DNA of 64,000 bases, from contig OX638150.1 of the NCBI GenBank assembly GCA_951804945.1, positions 29,388,001 to 29,452,000 of the forward strand. Direction: 5' to 3'. A program made the translations under genes and the position numbers. The notes under the pieces are model-generated. The model ran no database searches and was not told the DNA's origin. It saw only the letters and a list, made by a program, of their open reading frames with translations. Shown here piece after piece: positions 1 to 12,400 of the stretch. This stretch comes from Podarcis cretensis. Its lineage: Eukaryota. Position 1 is the first letter of the stretch. Every line of letters begins with the position of its first letter.

Positions 1-1062
1 GGCATCAATTGAAGGTTGCAAGATTCAAGAGGAAGAATTCAGCACTATGGTGGGAAACCTTTGGCCCCGTTTCCTACATCTTCCAATAATTTTAAACATT
101 GATTTTATTGTGCACTTTCTGTGTTTTATAATAACTATTGTTGCAAACTGCTCTGAGAGTTCCTTGGGGCTACATAAACTGGGATGTAAATTTTAATTAA
201 ATTAGACATTCAGTGTATATCTTAACACCACAGACTTAAACTGCTTTCAAAGCCATTTCCTCTCATCAGGGAATCCTGGCATATGTATTTGCTGTGACAG
301 GAGTAAGGGATCTCTGACAGGATTTTCAACACCCCTTTTTGAACCAAAATTCTGAGGAAGCCATGACAGGATTAAAATGGATTTAAAAAATTATAGTGCG
401 GTTAGGCTCTCAGAATGACCGTAAAGCTATTCTTAACCTTTAATTTAATTTGTGAATGCAAATAAATAACAATGTGATTAGAGGGGGGAATATAGTAAGG
501 AAATGATACAGAGAAGAGCATCTGTTTAATCAATCATAAGTAATTTATTCAAAGTGTATGTTTATAAAGACAAGGCTGAATATCTGTATCGTATCCTGTA
601 CACACTCAGTTGACGATAATCTCCATTGAACTCAGTGGGATGTGTTGCTGAGCAGATGTGAATAGGATCATGCAGTTAGATATTCAGGTAGGGTAATCTG
701 GTGCATCTCTCAGTTCAAGCGTTATTTTGAAAACAATTCTCTAAATAATATATCTGCTTTGTTGGTACCTAATGCTGAACCTTAGCGTGAATGCACAAGT
801 ATGCAGGTATCCAGAAGGAAAATTGCAGACTCTTTGCTTCTCCTTCAGTTCTGCTGCCACCGTGCTACCTTGGAGCTAAATTATGGTTTGACTGAGCATT
901 ACAGATGAAGCTTGGCCCATGGTTTGTTCCCCCCCAAACTATGAGCAGCAACTTGCTCCCAGAATAAGGATGTTACTTTTAGTTTAGCTTGGCCATTGTA
1001 TTTGTTTAGTTTCTACTGCAAGGTGCTTGCACTTCTACTGCAAGTACCTAAACTGCAATAGC

Positions 1063-1207
1063 CTGAGGATAGGTCAGCTGGATACAGCGTGGTGTCAATA
1101 ACGCCAAGGTTGCAGATTCAATCCCCATATGGGACAGCTGCCTATTCCTGCACTGCAGGGGATTGGACCAGGTGATTCTCAGGGTCCTTTCCAACTCTAT
1201 AATTCTG
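1063..1207 (+). mobile_element. Short tRNA-head SINE with CR1-derived 3' tail
   Basis: Degenerate A/B-box head (taggtcagctgg...gattcaatccc) plus tail ggggattggaccaggtgattctcagggtcctttccaactctataattct. Confidence 0.65.
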
Positions 1208-1295
1208 AGCTAATGACAGCTGCAAATATCTATCTTGCCTGTTCTCTCTAAGCCCGAAGTTCAGCTTAGTGTTAAACTGGGCCAAGGTCTATTTA

Positions 1296-1646
1296 AAGGT
1301 AAAGGTACCCCTGACCATTAGGTCCAGTCGGAGAAAACTCTGGGGTTGCGGCGCTCATCTCGCTTTATTGGCTGAGGGAGCCGGCGTACAGCTTCCGGGT
1401 CATGTGGCCAGCATGACTAAACCGCTTCTGGAGAACCAGAGCAGCGCACGGAAACACCGTTTTCCTTCCCGCCAGAGCAGTACCTATTTATCTACTTGAA
1501 CTTTGATGTGCTTTCGAACTGCTAGGTTGGCAGGAGCAGGGATCGAGCAACAGGAGCTCACCCCGTCACGGGGATTCAAACCACTGACCTTCTGATCGGC
1601 AAGCCCTAGGCTCAGTGGTTTAACCCACAGTGCCACCCGCGTCCCC
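1296..1646 (-). mobile_element. Sauria SINE, full length (subfamily A in this window)
   Basis: tRNA-related head at the right end, (ACCTTT)n tail at the left; 12-bp TSD aaggtctattta at 1284-1295 and 1649-1660. Confidence 0.92.
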
Positions 1647-1869
1647 TTAAGGTCTATTTAGGTCTTGTTTAAATATGCTAAATGTATCAATCAAGCATCT
1701 TAACAGATTTGTCAGATAAAATACTGATCATAGATGCCCAACTCTCTTTATCTGTACACAGGCCTACATAATACCAAACAAAATGTCCCTGCTTTATCAT
1801 GAAACTGGCATAAATTCAGAAAGATTATTGCACTTCTCTATGTTTGTGCACAAATAAGTAGTTGTCTGG

Positions 1870-2025
1870 TATTAAGTCAGTTCCACCTAGCTCAGTGTTG
1901 CCTGACTGACAGTGGACCTTCAGGGTTTCAGGTAGAGTTCCCTCCAAGCCCTACCTGGAGATGGGAGGGATTGATTCTGGGACCATCTTCATTCAAAGCA
2001 GGCGCTCCACCACTGAGCTATGGCT
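1870..2025 (-). mobile_element. Degenerate tRNA-derived SINE
   Basis: Reverse-complement tRNA-like head (ccaccactgagctat; gggattgattctggg). Confidence 0.5.
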
Positions 2026-2639
2026 CTTTCAATGATCATGCCATTTAAGATGCTCAGGAGAGTGATAAGCTATGCAGAGCAGCTTGTGCACATAGAATAT
2101 ATTATACGGAAGTGGCCAGATTTTCCTCTTGCACAAGCTGTTTATACAGTGAAAATAGCTGCCATGCTTCTCTTGATCATATACTTCTTGGTTCCCTATG
2201 GCTCAGTAGTATGCTACAACTTCAGGTGACGCGTCCTAGTGGGACTGTATTAAATTTAGTGGCAACTTCCTCCGAGTGCAATAATGTCACAGCTGCTAAC
2301 GCTCTCATTCTTTGGAATCCTTTCAAACATTACCGCAAACTTATTTTACATAAGGGGTACCTTTCCAGCAGGAAAATCAAACAAACTAACTGGAACTAGG
2401 GAAGTGCATGTTTACATTTCCACACAGCCGTTGTGCTGTTTGTGTTAGGGTAGGCATGCCCTTGTCAGGAAAGGGCTGCTCAGGGACCTTAGGACCTGGA
2501 GTTTGTGACTCCATTTTCATATGAGGAGTTTAAGGAAGAGGATGGGAACACAGGGAAGAAAATAAGGACAGCTTTGTTTGTGCCTATAAACAGAGAGGCT
2601 AAATCAGTGTTTCTCATTTGCAGAGAAGGAAAAATAAAT

Positions 2640-3120
2640 GATTGGGGGCTATGGAATTTATAAAATTGTGCATTGTATGAAAAAGCGGATAGAGGTATTT
2701 CTTTCTCCTGAATTCATAAAACCAGAAGATAGGATGACAAATAGCTACTGGCCATCACCGGCAGGGGACAAGTGCAACAAAATGTTGCAGTGTATCCTCA
2801 TCCTGTTGCAGGCATGTTTTGAATCTTGAAGCAATGTTTGGTGTGTGGTCTCAAGATGGGAGGCCAAAAAGTGGCCTGTTTTCCATCCTTTCAAAGGCTT
2901 TTCTCATTGGGCCAAAGGGGGGGGGCAGTGATGACAATGAAACTCTCACTTCAGAGGCTATATGCCTCAAATTTAATAATTACTGGGGGAAAGGCAAGAG
3001 GAGTGAAGGGTTGATGTGTTACTGTTCTTCCTCTAGGATTTGTTGAAGCATCTGACTTGCAACTATGGGAAAGAGTGCTGGGCTAGTTGGACCTTTGGTC
3101 TCATACAATAGCACTCTTCT
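2640..3120 (+). mobile_element. Old CR1-type LINE 3' fragment
   Basis: Degenerate CR1 3' motifs (tataaaattgtgcattg...; tgctgggctagttggacctttggtct). Confidence 0.4.
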
Positions 3121-6100
3121 TTTTGAGCATATGTCATTCATGTGGGACATGGTGTGCCAAAGATAATCTGAAAAGCAGTCTGTTGGCAGACTGTTATCCA
3201 GCTGTCATTGTATGCTTGTAACTTTTGACTAAAACCCGCTGGAAACACAGAACCAGCCTCTGCTGCTCATTAGCCCTACTAATGCAAGCCAGATGGACAT
3301 GAATCTAGCTGCATTACCAAAACACTTGAAAACATTAAGAGGCTTTCTGAAAATAAATGACAGAAGTATTATTCCCCATTTTATAACTGGAAACAGAGAC
3401 AAGAGTGACTTGACTGAGGACCACTTTGTACAATAAACCATGGCCCACCACATGCTATGTGTAGTTGACTTTAGCAGCTACTAATGTATTGACAAATGAA
3501 TCCATGCTAACATTAAAAAGCAGCAATATGTGTCTTGCCCATCATAAGCATGTATGTTGATCTGATAGATGGCAGAAACCTGAAGTAAATTTCCAGGATG
3601 CAGAGTTGCTGTGGGTTACTTCAGGACCCTGGATAGCTCCTAGCCAACAGACCACAACACAAAGTTCATCCAAGGTGTGAGATGCTACCTGCAAATGAGT
3701 TACTTATTAAAAGATCTTTTCTCAAAGGAGTTCAAGGGTTCATTCATGGTCCCTCTTCTTACAGATTAGGTCAAGGGACTATGGTTGGCTCAAGGTGAAC
3801 CTTGGTGTCTCATATTTCAGTAGCACCCTGTGCTATGCCAAACCCCGGTGTGTTCCTCCCTCCCCCTGCCTTGAATTGGAGTAATAATGAAGTCTGCTCT
3901 GGCGTGCCAGAAGCTCTGTGCCCAGTGCAGCTGCACTGCTCACACTCCCCTAGCTCCCAGTGAGCTTCATGGCTGAGTGGGGATTTGAATCCTGGTATCC
4001 CAGGTCCTAAAACCACCACAATATAGGGATACACTGCTCGATCCAAAACATTAGTAGATTTATTATCACAATAAGCAAACACCAAGGAACTGAACATTAC
4101 ATGCATGCCATGTTGATCAGTCCTCCACCTCCCACAAGACTCTGTGGACGCTACAAACCTGAGTTGCATTCAACGGAGTACTAAGGATAGTGTTCTGCCA
4201 ATGGCATGATCTCTCTTTTCTGAGGTGAAACCAGAGTATGATGATCTCTCTTTTCCTCCCTCCACATGCTGTTCCAGGGTTTCCCCCAACTCTCTGGAGA
4301 AGATATGGGGAAGTTGTGATGAAAAGGGGGCTGAGTTATGAAGGACCAATAAGAGATGGGGCATTATTTAAACTAGACAGTATGTGGTCACTGTGAATAC
4401 TGCCCAGCTGAATTTGTAGAGAAATAATTGCTACAAATCTAGGATAACAGCCATAAGCTACTGGACAGCACAAGGCTATGACTTTCCTGAACAAAATGCT
4501 GGACTCAACAGATTGCTGGTAGGCTTGTTTAAAATAATCAGTAATTCAGTAAAGGTTCCCATGGCAACAACTTCCACTAAGACATAGCTAAGCACCATGT
4601 CAATTAATCTTAAACAGCTTCAGACAAGCAAGGAAGACACATTATTCTTTTGTCCTTTACTGTGACTGTATTTCAAGGATGCCAACAATGTGTGCTCAAG
4701 ACTTTCCATTCTCCTACAACCACACTTAATACTATTTGCATGAAATGTGCACAAATGTTTTGCCAGACATATGACAACTCTAGAAACGATTTAGGCAGCC
4801 CATTCATGTTGTATGGACTGTGAAAAGCCCATTTTGAGAACAAGAGTGTATAAAAGAAGGCAGCCTGATAGTTATTGTGGTGGGCGATCCCTGTATAACT
4901 ATTCTGCAGTTTTGCTGAAACCATAGAACTTTAGCTTTCATATTTAGGAATACTTAAATCCTTGCTTTATAGTCCTGCAGGCTGTTGAAAATGACTTGCA
5001 AAATATTCCCAGAATAATATCATACACAAACCTAGTACAGGAGCATAAATTATATAGTGTCCATTCAGAACCAGGGTTATTCAAGCATTTCCTGTCATTG
5101 TCCTTCCCTGATGTCATATCAGGTAGCAGCTCCCATCAAAACAATCTGAAGCAAGGAAGTGGGGCTGAGCATCTGGTTCTCACTCAGCCCATGATGGAAG
5201 CTGTCTTCCCTTGCTGGCGGGTTGCCACCCCATACCCTTGGGACTGTCTACTCTTGTTGGGTGAGGCATACAAGAGTGTGTTACAAAAAGAAAAAATTAT
5301 CTGTGCAGCGACACACTCCCCAATCAGAGCTAAGTCTGTTATGTCACCTCCTGCTCTTTACCAATAGTATTCCAATTTCTAATATTTAGAGTGCTTAGAG
5401 TGTTGGATTAGGAGTGGGAGAGAGAGAACAATGCACACCATCTTCAGTTTGAGGGCAGTAGAATATAAATGTAAGGAACAAAGCATACATTTTGTTTTCC
5501 TTGTTGTATGCATCCTTCAGAAAAACAAAAAGCCAGGTCTTGGGGTTCCTCACGAACATTTAAGTTACAGATGCTTTTCTGTGATAGGGTAGGTCAAGCT
5601 CTATATAAGTGAGCTAAAATTAAATGCGTACGATGCTTTTAAAGGTTTCAAAGCACTTTGCATATGTCATCAGTAATAACTTAGAACAATAATGCTGTGA
5701 GGTTGGCCATTCTCATGATCCCTTTGCAGATAGCGGACTGATGTTATGAGGCAGTGGTTTGCTTCAGTCTACCTAGCAAGTTTATGTTTGACATGAGCTT
5801 TGAACTGAGGATTTCCTGGCTTATTGTAGTTGATGCACTTAGCTGCTACAGTAAACCAGCTCTCACATTTTTCATAGAATGAAAACATGCCTTTCACATT
5901 ACGAAAGGATAAAATTTCTCCTTTCATGGCTGTGGCTCTCTGCTCAACCTACAGCACGGGTCCCCAAGGACTTTTTGAGCACAGCACTTCACTCAGAAAA
6001 TATGCTGAAGGTTTGAAGCTAGTCTTTTGAATCATGTCATGTCTCAGGGCCATCTTCGATTAAATGGCTGCTGTCCAGCTCGACAAGCAAAAAGCTATTT

Positions 6101-6478
6101 CAGAGGAGATGTCTTCAGGTACTGCTACTATTTTAGTGTGATATGGCTCAGCATTCTGTGTTTTCCTGCTACACAGCATTCTTTGTCATGGTTCCCTCCT
6201 GCCTGGTGCAGATAGCTAATAAGATGCACATGGTTTCACTATTTTACAATAGTCTCCTTGTTTCTTTAGTTGTTTCTAAGGTTGGGGCAGAGGGAGAAAA
6301 TCGGAACAGACTGCGCCACAGGTCAACATACATATCATTATATCAAATTTGATTAAAAGATCAGCTCTTTTGCCATTTTCCCTGGCATGGGTATGACATT
6401 AGAAAGCATTCAGTAAGACTCCACTCATCTAGATAAGTAGCAACTCATCTGTTTGACTGTTTATGCAGCAGTCTTCCC

Positions 6479-6481
<3 letters not shown>

Positions 6482-6531
<50 letters not shown>
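6482..6531. repeat. (TC)n microsatellite
   Basis: ~25 TC units. Confidence 0.95.
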
Positions 6532-6533
<2 letters not shown>

Positions 6534-7099
6534 CTGGTACAGCATTCTTAAATTGCCTCAATAAAAAATGGCTTGAAATAATTTTGTACCCCTAAGAAGA
6601 ACAATTATAATCCTATAAAGGGGTGGGGGGGGGGAGTTCTTGCCACATAGTTAAGTCACTTATCATACAAGGAATTGTGGGAGAATTACTGTTTTCCTTT
6701 TCTGGACTTAAAGCTGCAATTCCAAGCACACTCACCTGTGAGATGTTGTTGTTTTGGAGGCAGTAGCTAGGTACTTTCTCCAGACTGCAAGGCACTTACT
6801 TACCTCCTCTATCCACCCTTTTGAAAGAAGAGGATAAGAGGATTGCCAAGAGCAGGTGCAGCTATCCAGAGATGAAGACAAGCCAGGAGTGCATTGTCTG
6901 TGCGTTATCAGAACAGCAATTATTATCTTCTTTTCTTCTTTGTCAGGAGGAGCAGCTAGGCACTCCCTCAGGGAATTGCTTTGTTGTTCTGCAACACCCC
7001 CCACCCCTTCACTCACCCACCTGTCCACCACATTTTTCTTGACATCTGTTCTCCAAAGTTTCGCCTCCACCCCCGTCTGATAACAGTCAGATCCCATTG

Positions 7100-9374
7100 A
7101 CCAGAGGCTGTTACGGCATTTACATTTTATTAACCATTTATTTCATTAATTGTTTTACTCTCACAGTACAATCTTGTGGTGGTTTATTATTAAATGTATA
7201 TATACTTTTTTTTCCTTTAAATTTTGCTTTTGGAAAATAAATAAAGAGATAAGTGAACCATATAGGTAGATTACTTTCTGGAGCCTTGGTTAAACTTCAT
7301 GATTGGATCTCCACATCAGACCTGTGAAAAAACACAGCTCCCTCCCCCCCCCACCCCAATTTGGATGGAAGCTGACAGATTAAAACAGAAAAAGACCACC
7401 ACAACCATAGTCCTGGCTGTGCAAACTGAGGGGGGAAGCACAAGGGATCTTGTTCTTGAAACAAAATATATAGGATATACATTACAAAAAATAATCGTCA
7501 TCATCATATTCTCATTTGCTTTTAATTGCGTAGGTTAAGTCAGTTATACATGGATTTCAGACTCTGGCTTGATGCTTGTTAGCAAAATCCATCAACTATC
7601 TGCCCTTCCCTGAGTTCATTGCCACTTACAGAGGGACAGGCACGGCAATGGGGCCAAGGCTGTGGCATCTCAGCACAACTGACACTGGGGATCAGCAAAC
7701 TAATGTGTCAAGTCACCTCTTGGGTTTATTCCCATCATTTAATTTTGGCAGCTTTCAGTATAGGTTTCTAGCTATATGAGCAATCCTCCCTTGGCCTCTG
7801 CCTAGTATCTTACATGGTGGCTCTCAGCCTAGAAGGTGGGGAAGAAGGGGGAAAAAACATATAGCAGGCTTCATAGTGAGAGCCAGGAGATGGATTTTGC
7901 AAGCAAGGAAAAGCTGACATCCTCAATGCAAGATGAATTGGATGCTATCTCTATTCTTAATGCTATCACAAGCGACAAAATTATTGGCAAGACGACGACA
8001 GAATTCCATGCCTCTCCACAGCTTTGTAGACAACTGATTTTGGAGCCAGTGCCAATAGCTGCACAATGCTGGCACAACATAATGCAAAGGGACCTTCTTG
8101 TCTTTGTGTCCCTACTCAGGCAGCCATTTAATTGGGAATCTCTTCCCCTGGACACTGAAGAGACCGAAGTCTTTACTGTATGGGAGATGGGTGGCATGTG
8201 AGATGGAACCAGCATTCTCTAGAGAGCGGGAACATCAGTAGTTCTCTTGCAGGCAGCACACCATGCATGCAATCACAGGGTGCCAGGTATACATATAGCT
8301 TCCCCTGTGTTCGGTCTAGGGGGCAAGTGCCTGAAGTGGTGGGGGGGGGATGAATGGGAGGAGGGACCCTCTGCACAGGCCTGTTCTGTATGTGTGTTGC
8401 AATATCTGCATCCATTACCAAGCTGAATAATAGCACTTCTTGCAAAAGGAGAACAGGAGGTGGGGGTAGGATTTAAGGCAGTGGTACAATGATAAGTGAA
8501 CTCCTTGCTCTCTATGAGGAGGTAGCAGGCCATTTCTTGTGCTTATGGGGTTCTGCTGTGAGCAAAAGGAGTTAGAGGATGGCTGGAACAACTTATAGAT
8601 TGAATGGACATCAGAGGGGAAGGTCTCCTGTCCTGTCACGCAGCTTCTCAAATGTGTCACTCCGATTTCCCCAACAGACACCCAGGAAGTGGGGGCAAGT
8701 TTCCTGCTTTCCCTTCCGTAGTGGCAGCCAACTCTGTAGTATTTTCAGCAGCACCAAGAGACTCTCTCTTCCTTAGGGCTTTCCTTTCGTCTTTTACCAG
8801 TGGAACAGTAAATGCAAGAGAAGGTGGCCGGTGGCATATAGAGTAGTAAGATACACACAGAACTATCCAAGACCGGCAGCCTGCTAGCATGCGACTGCCA
8901 GGGCCAGCACTTGGCACAAAATAGGTAGCAGCCACAGACGTTCTAGGTAGAGTATGTAGAACACTAGGTGAGTCCTGAATTAATTCCTGATTCAAAGGAA
9001 AACCCACCCCTGTTCTAGGAAGGAATCATCCTCTTAGTTTGTAGGAGCCATAACGCCAAGCAACCAGAGAAGCAGTCATGGGCAGTGGTGGTGAAACCCG
9101 GTGAGAATATATATACTCGTTTTCTGCTGCTCCTGAAGGTACTGGCTCGGAAGAAAAGCAAGAGGCTGCTTCTCTCCCCTCCCCTCTGACTCAAAATCAT
9201 CAGTAGCTAAATCAGGAGGGAAAAAAGTGTTCAAGTTACGGGGGGGTTGCACAGCAGCAGCAGCAGCCAACACTAAACATTCAAGTCGATAGTTTCACTA
9301 TGTACACCATGAGTGAGACACGGTCCCACCTGCCAGAAGATGTCCTGCTCTTGACAGAGCAGCCACACACACTG
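7100..9374 (-). other. RPTOR: Probable RPTOR 3' UTR (~2.3 kb); cleavage site approximate
   Basis: Follows the stop codon, has no recognisable young repeats and ends at a minus-strand AATAAA cluster. Confidence 0.6.
7126..7188 (-). terminator. Polyadenylation signal cluster (three AATAAA)
   Basis: Plus-strand TTTATT at 7126-7131, 7137-7142 and 7183-7188, with a minus-strand TGTA (CFIm-type) element between them. Confidence 0.6.
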
Positions 9375-9443
9375 TTATCTGATTCGCTTCTCCACCGAGT
9401 ATACAGAGATGTAGTAGTCATTGCTTCCAACTGCCAGGTGAGG
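9375..9443 (-). CDS. RPTOR: RPTOR last coding exon (~34): PHLAVGSNDYYISVYSVEKRIR*
   Basis: cctttccacag|CCTCAC...AGATAA; stop TAA at 9377-9375; matches the Raptor C-terminus. Confidence 0.97.
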   Translation of the reverse strand, partial: PHLAVGSNDYYISVYSVEKRIR

Positions 9444-12400
9444 CTGTGGAAAGGAGAGGGGGAAATAGAATCAGTGCATACATAGCAGGGTTCTGCTGGT
9501 TTTGAAGCTAGTCAGAATTTATACTCGCCTTTTGAAGCTAGTCAGAATTTATACTCGCCACCAGCCTTGCTCGTCACTCAAGAGGGAAAGGGTTGGAGTC
9601 ATCATCACCATTATCAATTAATTAATTAATTTAATTTCTATACCACCCTATACCCGAAGGTCTCAGGGCGGTTCACATAAAATATTGTGATGTCACACCA
9701 GGTTGTCTGACTGCCACTGAAGCCTAAGTACAGAGGCAAGCCCCTTCACCCTCTTTCTCAGCTTCAAGCTGGATATAATGGGCCAAAGGTCTTACTTCTT
9801 GCTCTGAGCCCAGAGAGGTTCAGGAAGCAGCAAAACATTGACTGTTAAGGCACTAATCTGTTTTATTCTGCTTCTGTTAGGCAACATTTATGTTGCTTTT
9901 ATTGATTTTAATTATTGTATTTTGTATTACGAAGTTGGATGGTTTATTGAGTTGTGGCCATAAAAGCTCTTACCTACCTCTGTTTCATCCTCTACAGTGA
10001 CAGTCAACTTCCAGTAATTTCTGTTATGCTGGAAATCCTTTCTCCACTAATTTCCCCTGTTTGTTTCCAGTGGATTGAAAATCCACCAATACAGTTGAGT
10101 TCCAACATACATGAGGGTACAGTTCCAAGGGTTGTGCAAAGACACGAAAATTGTAAATAGGAAAAAAATGCATTTTCCTTGTCTGGCAAGGTGTTGAGAG
10201 TCCCATGGGAAGGTCTCCCCTGTGTGTGTGTCTCTGCTGCCCCTCTCCTTCAGGTGCGAATGGCCATTGCAAGGAAGGAGGAGTGGGGCAGACAGAGAGA
10301 GATGCAGGCAGAAGAAAAAGGCTCTAATGGATCTGGAATGGAGCTGCAGCCAAGTGTGTAAAGTTGAATTTGTGAAAGTAAAATGCACATATGATGTGAC
10401 TTGACTGTATACCTAGTTGCAACCTCGTATCTACTTTGCACTATTCATCAGGCATCTCTTCCTTTGATCACCTGGAGCAGAAACCTTTGTTTGGCCATGG
10501 TCAGAAACAGGATCATGGACTAGATGGATCCATGGCTTGACCAAGTGAACTTGTAACTTGACAGCTACTAGAAAATAGTTGATTCTGGGAACTTTGTCTA
10601 AGCAAATAAAAGAACTCTACTAGAACTTGCATGCAATCTGAAATAAATAAATAAATGCTCCCCACCCCACCCCCCAATGAGCTAGTTCAATGAATTTTCT
10701 CACTGAATTTGAGTTTTCTGAATTTGGAAATATTGTGTGTGTGTCCCTCTCAACAGCTTCACTAAGTCATCTTCATAATAGCTATTCAGAACAAATTAAG
10801 GGTAACAATTGAGATGTTCTACAGTTTAGAAACGAGACTGACCCAGTGTGGATGGAAGGCTAGGCAGCTGATGGCACCCACTCGCTGGCCCATGAATCCA
10901 TCGTAGTACTTGATATTGTTGATCAGCTCACCATTCCCATTGTAGATTGCAGTGAATTGATTCATAGAGCCACTGCAGAGGGAAACAGAGATTACAGGAC
11001 ATTGGTGACATTAAACAACTGGTGGTTAAGTCCTAGAGATGAAGCTTTTCTACTCTTGTGCCATTTGCGGAGCAAGAAGCAAGTGATCTTACAACAGCAA
11101 ATGGGATTTTCTTTAAGGCATGAAATCTTCAGCACAATCTCAGCTATTAGCAGGTTCACAATGGAAAATTCACATGCTCAGTAGGAGATTTAGGGAGGCA
11201 GGTTGGGAGACACAACAGCAGGCAGGGAGAACATAACTATGATATGGTTTTGAGTGAAAACCCCAGGCACCAAACTGCTGACACTGGACAGCAAGTCCCT
11301 AGCAAATAGTGCACTTTCTGCTCTTAAGGAAGGGAAACCCACATAATACGATGAGCTGCAACACCCACCATAATTGAAATCCATGTGCTGCAGGTTCAAT
11401 GAAGCATACAAGAATTGAAATACCTCAGCTGCAAACACGTGAAATAAGCCACACTGTTTATGCCAAGGAAAATAAATGCAAGTGTTTAACAATGGAGCAG
11501 GTGATATGCAGGCTGCATTTAGAACTTACCATGCAAACAGGTTGGCTTGTGGGTGGATGTCCAGAGCTGTCAGTCCTTTTACTATCTGCAGGACCTTCAC
11601 TGATTCTGGCATCCTTGGGTCAAAGAAACGGACATCTCCATTAACACTGCAAAGAGATAAAACATGGGGCTATTATCTGTTTGCTCTAACAAGGAGAGCA
11701 GATCTACTTATCCCAGAACCTGGCTAAAATTAGGAGAGTATTAGTATCAATGCTCAATTTGCCAGCAATGTCCCTTTGTGAAAACCAGCATACTTGCCAC
11801 CCACTGCAGTCTGTTTCAGGCAGCCCTAGATGCTGCAGAAGCAAACATAAGGTTACTCACGCACAAGGAATCAGTGTACACGAATCAATTCATTATTCCT
11901 CCTGTTCAACTCATTGGCATTAAATACCACTAGAAAACCACTGACTGGCTTTGCTGTTTGACTGATTTCTGGACTTTAAGACCCTTTGTATTCCCCTGGA
12001 ACAAGGTAAATGATAACAGGGTTACTTTAACCATATGCAAACATCCTGTGACTTTGGGCTAATGGTCCTGTGACAGATTTTTGGCAGGTTGAAGACCTTT
12101 AACACTGGACAAGATGCTTTATAGTGGCACCAGTGAATGGTCACAATAATTGGTGAAGTGAAATTTCTAACTTTCAGCTTGATTACTGTCTTGTCATAAA
12201 TATAATGGATTCATAGTTAATGAAACTGGCCTTCCAGTTCATAGCTAATGAAACTGGCCTTCCAGTTCATAGCTCATGAAACTGGCCTTCCGTCCTAATC
12301 CTTTAAATGCTGTAAGGTGTGTCCAAGTGATGATTCTATGAGGAAAACAAGGTTGAAACATGGGGTCCACTCACTGAGCAGATTGTTTATTGAGCAGAGG

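Noticed and set aside
1-7000. Neighbouring gene (CHMP6 lies downstream of RPTOR in human)
   Set aside because: I found no CHMP6-like coding sequence or CpG island; the region looks intergenic.
8519-8525. let-7 seed match (CTACCTC) in the 3' UTR
   Set aside because: A single 7-mer in 2.3 kb without conservation data is not distinguishable from chance.
12210-12291. CRISPR-like array (28-bp palindromic repeats)
   Set aside because: No spacers, vertebrate intron, no cas genes; it is a plain minisatellite.
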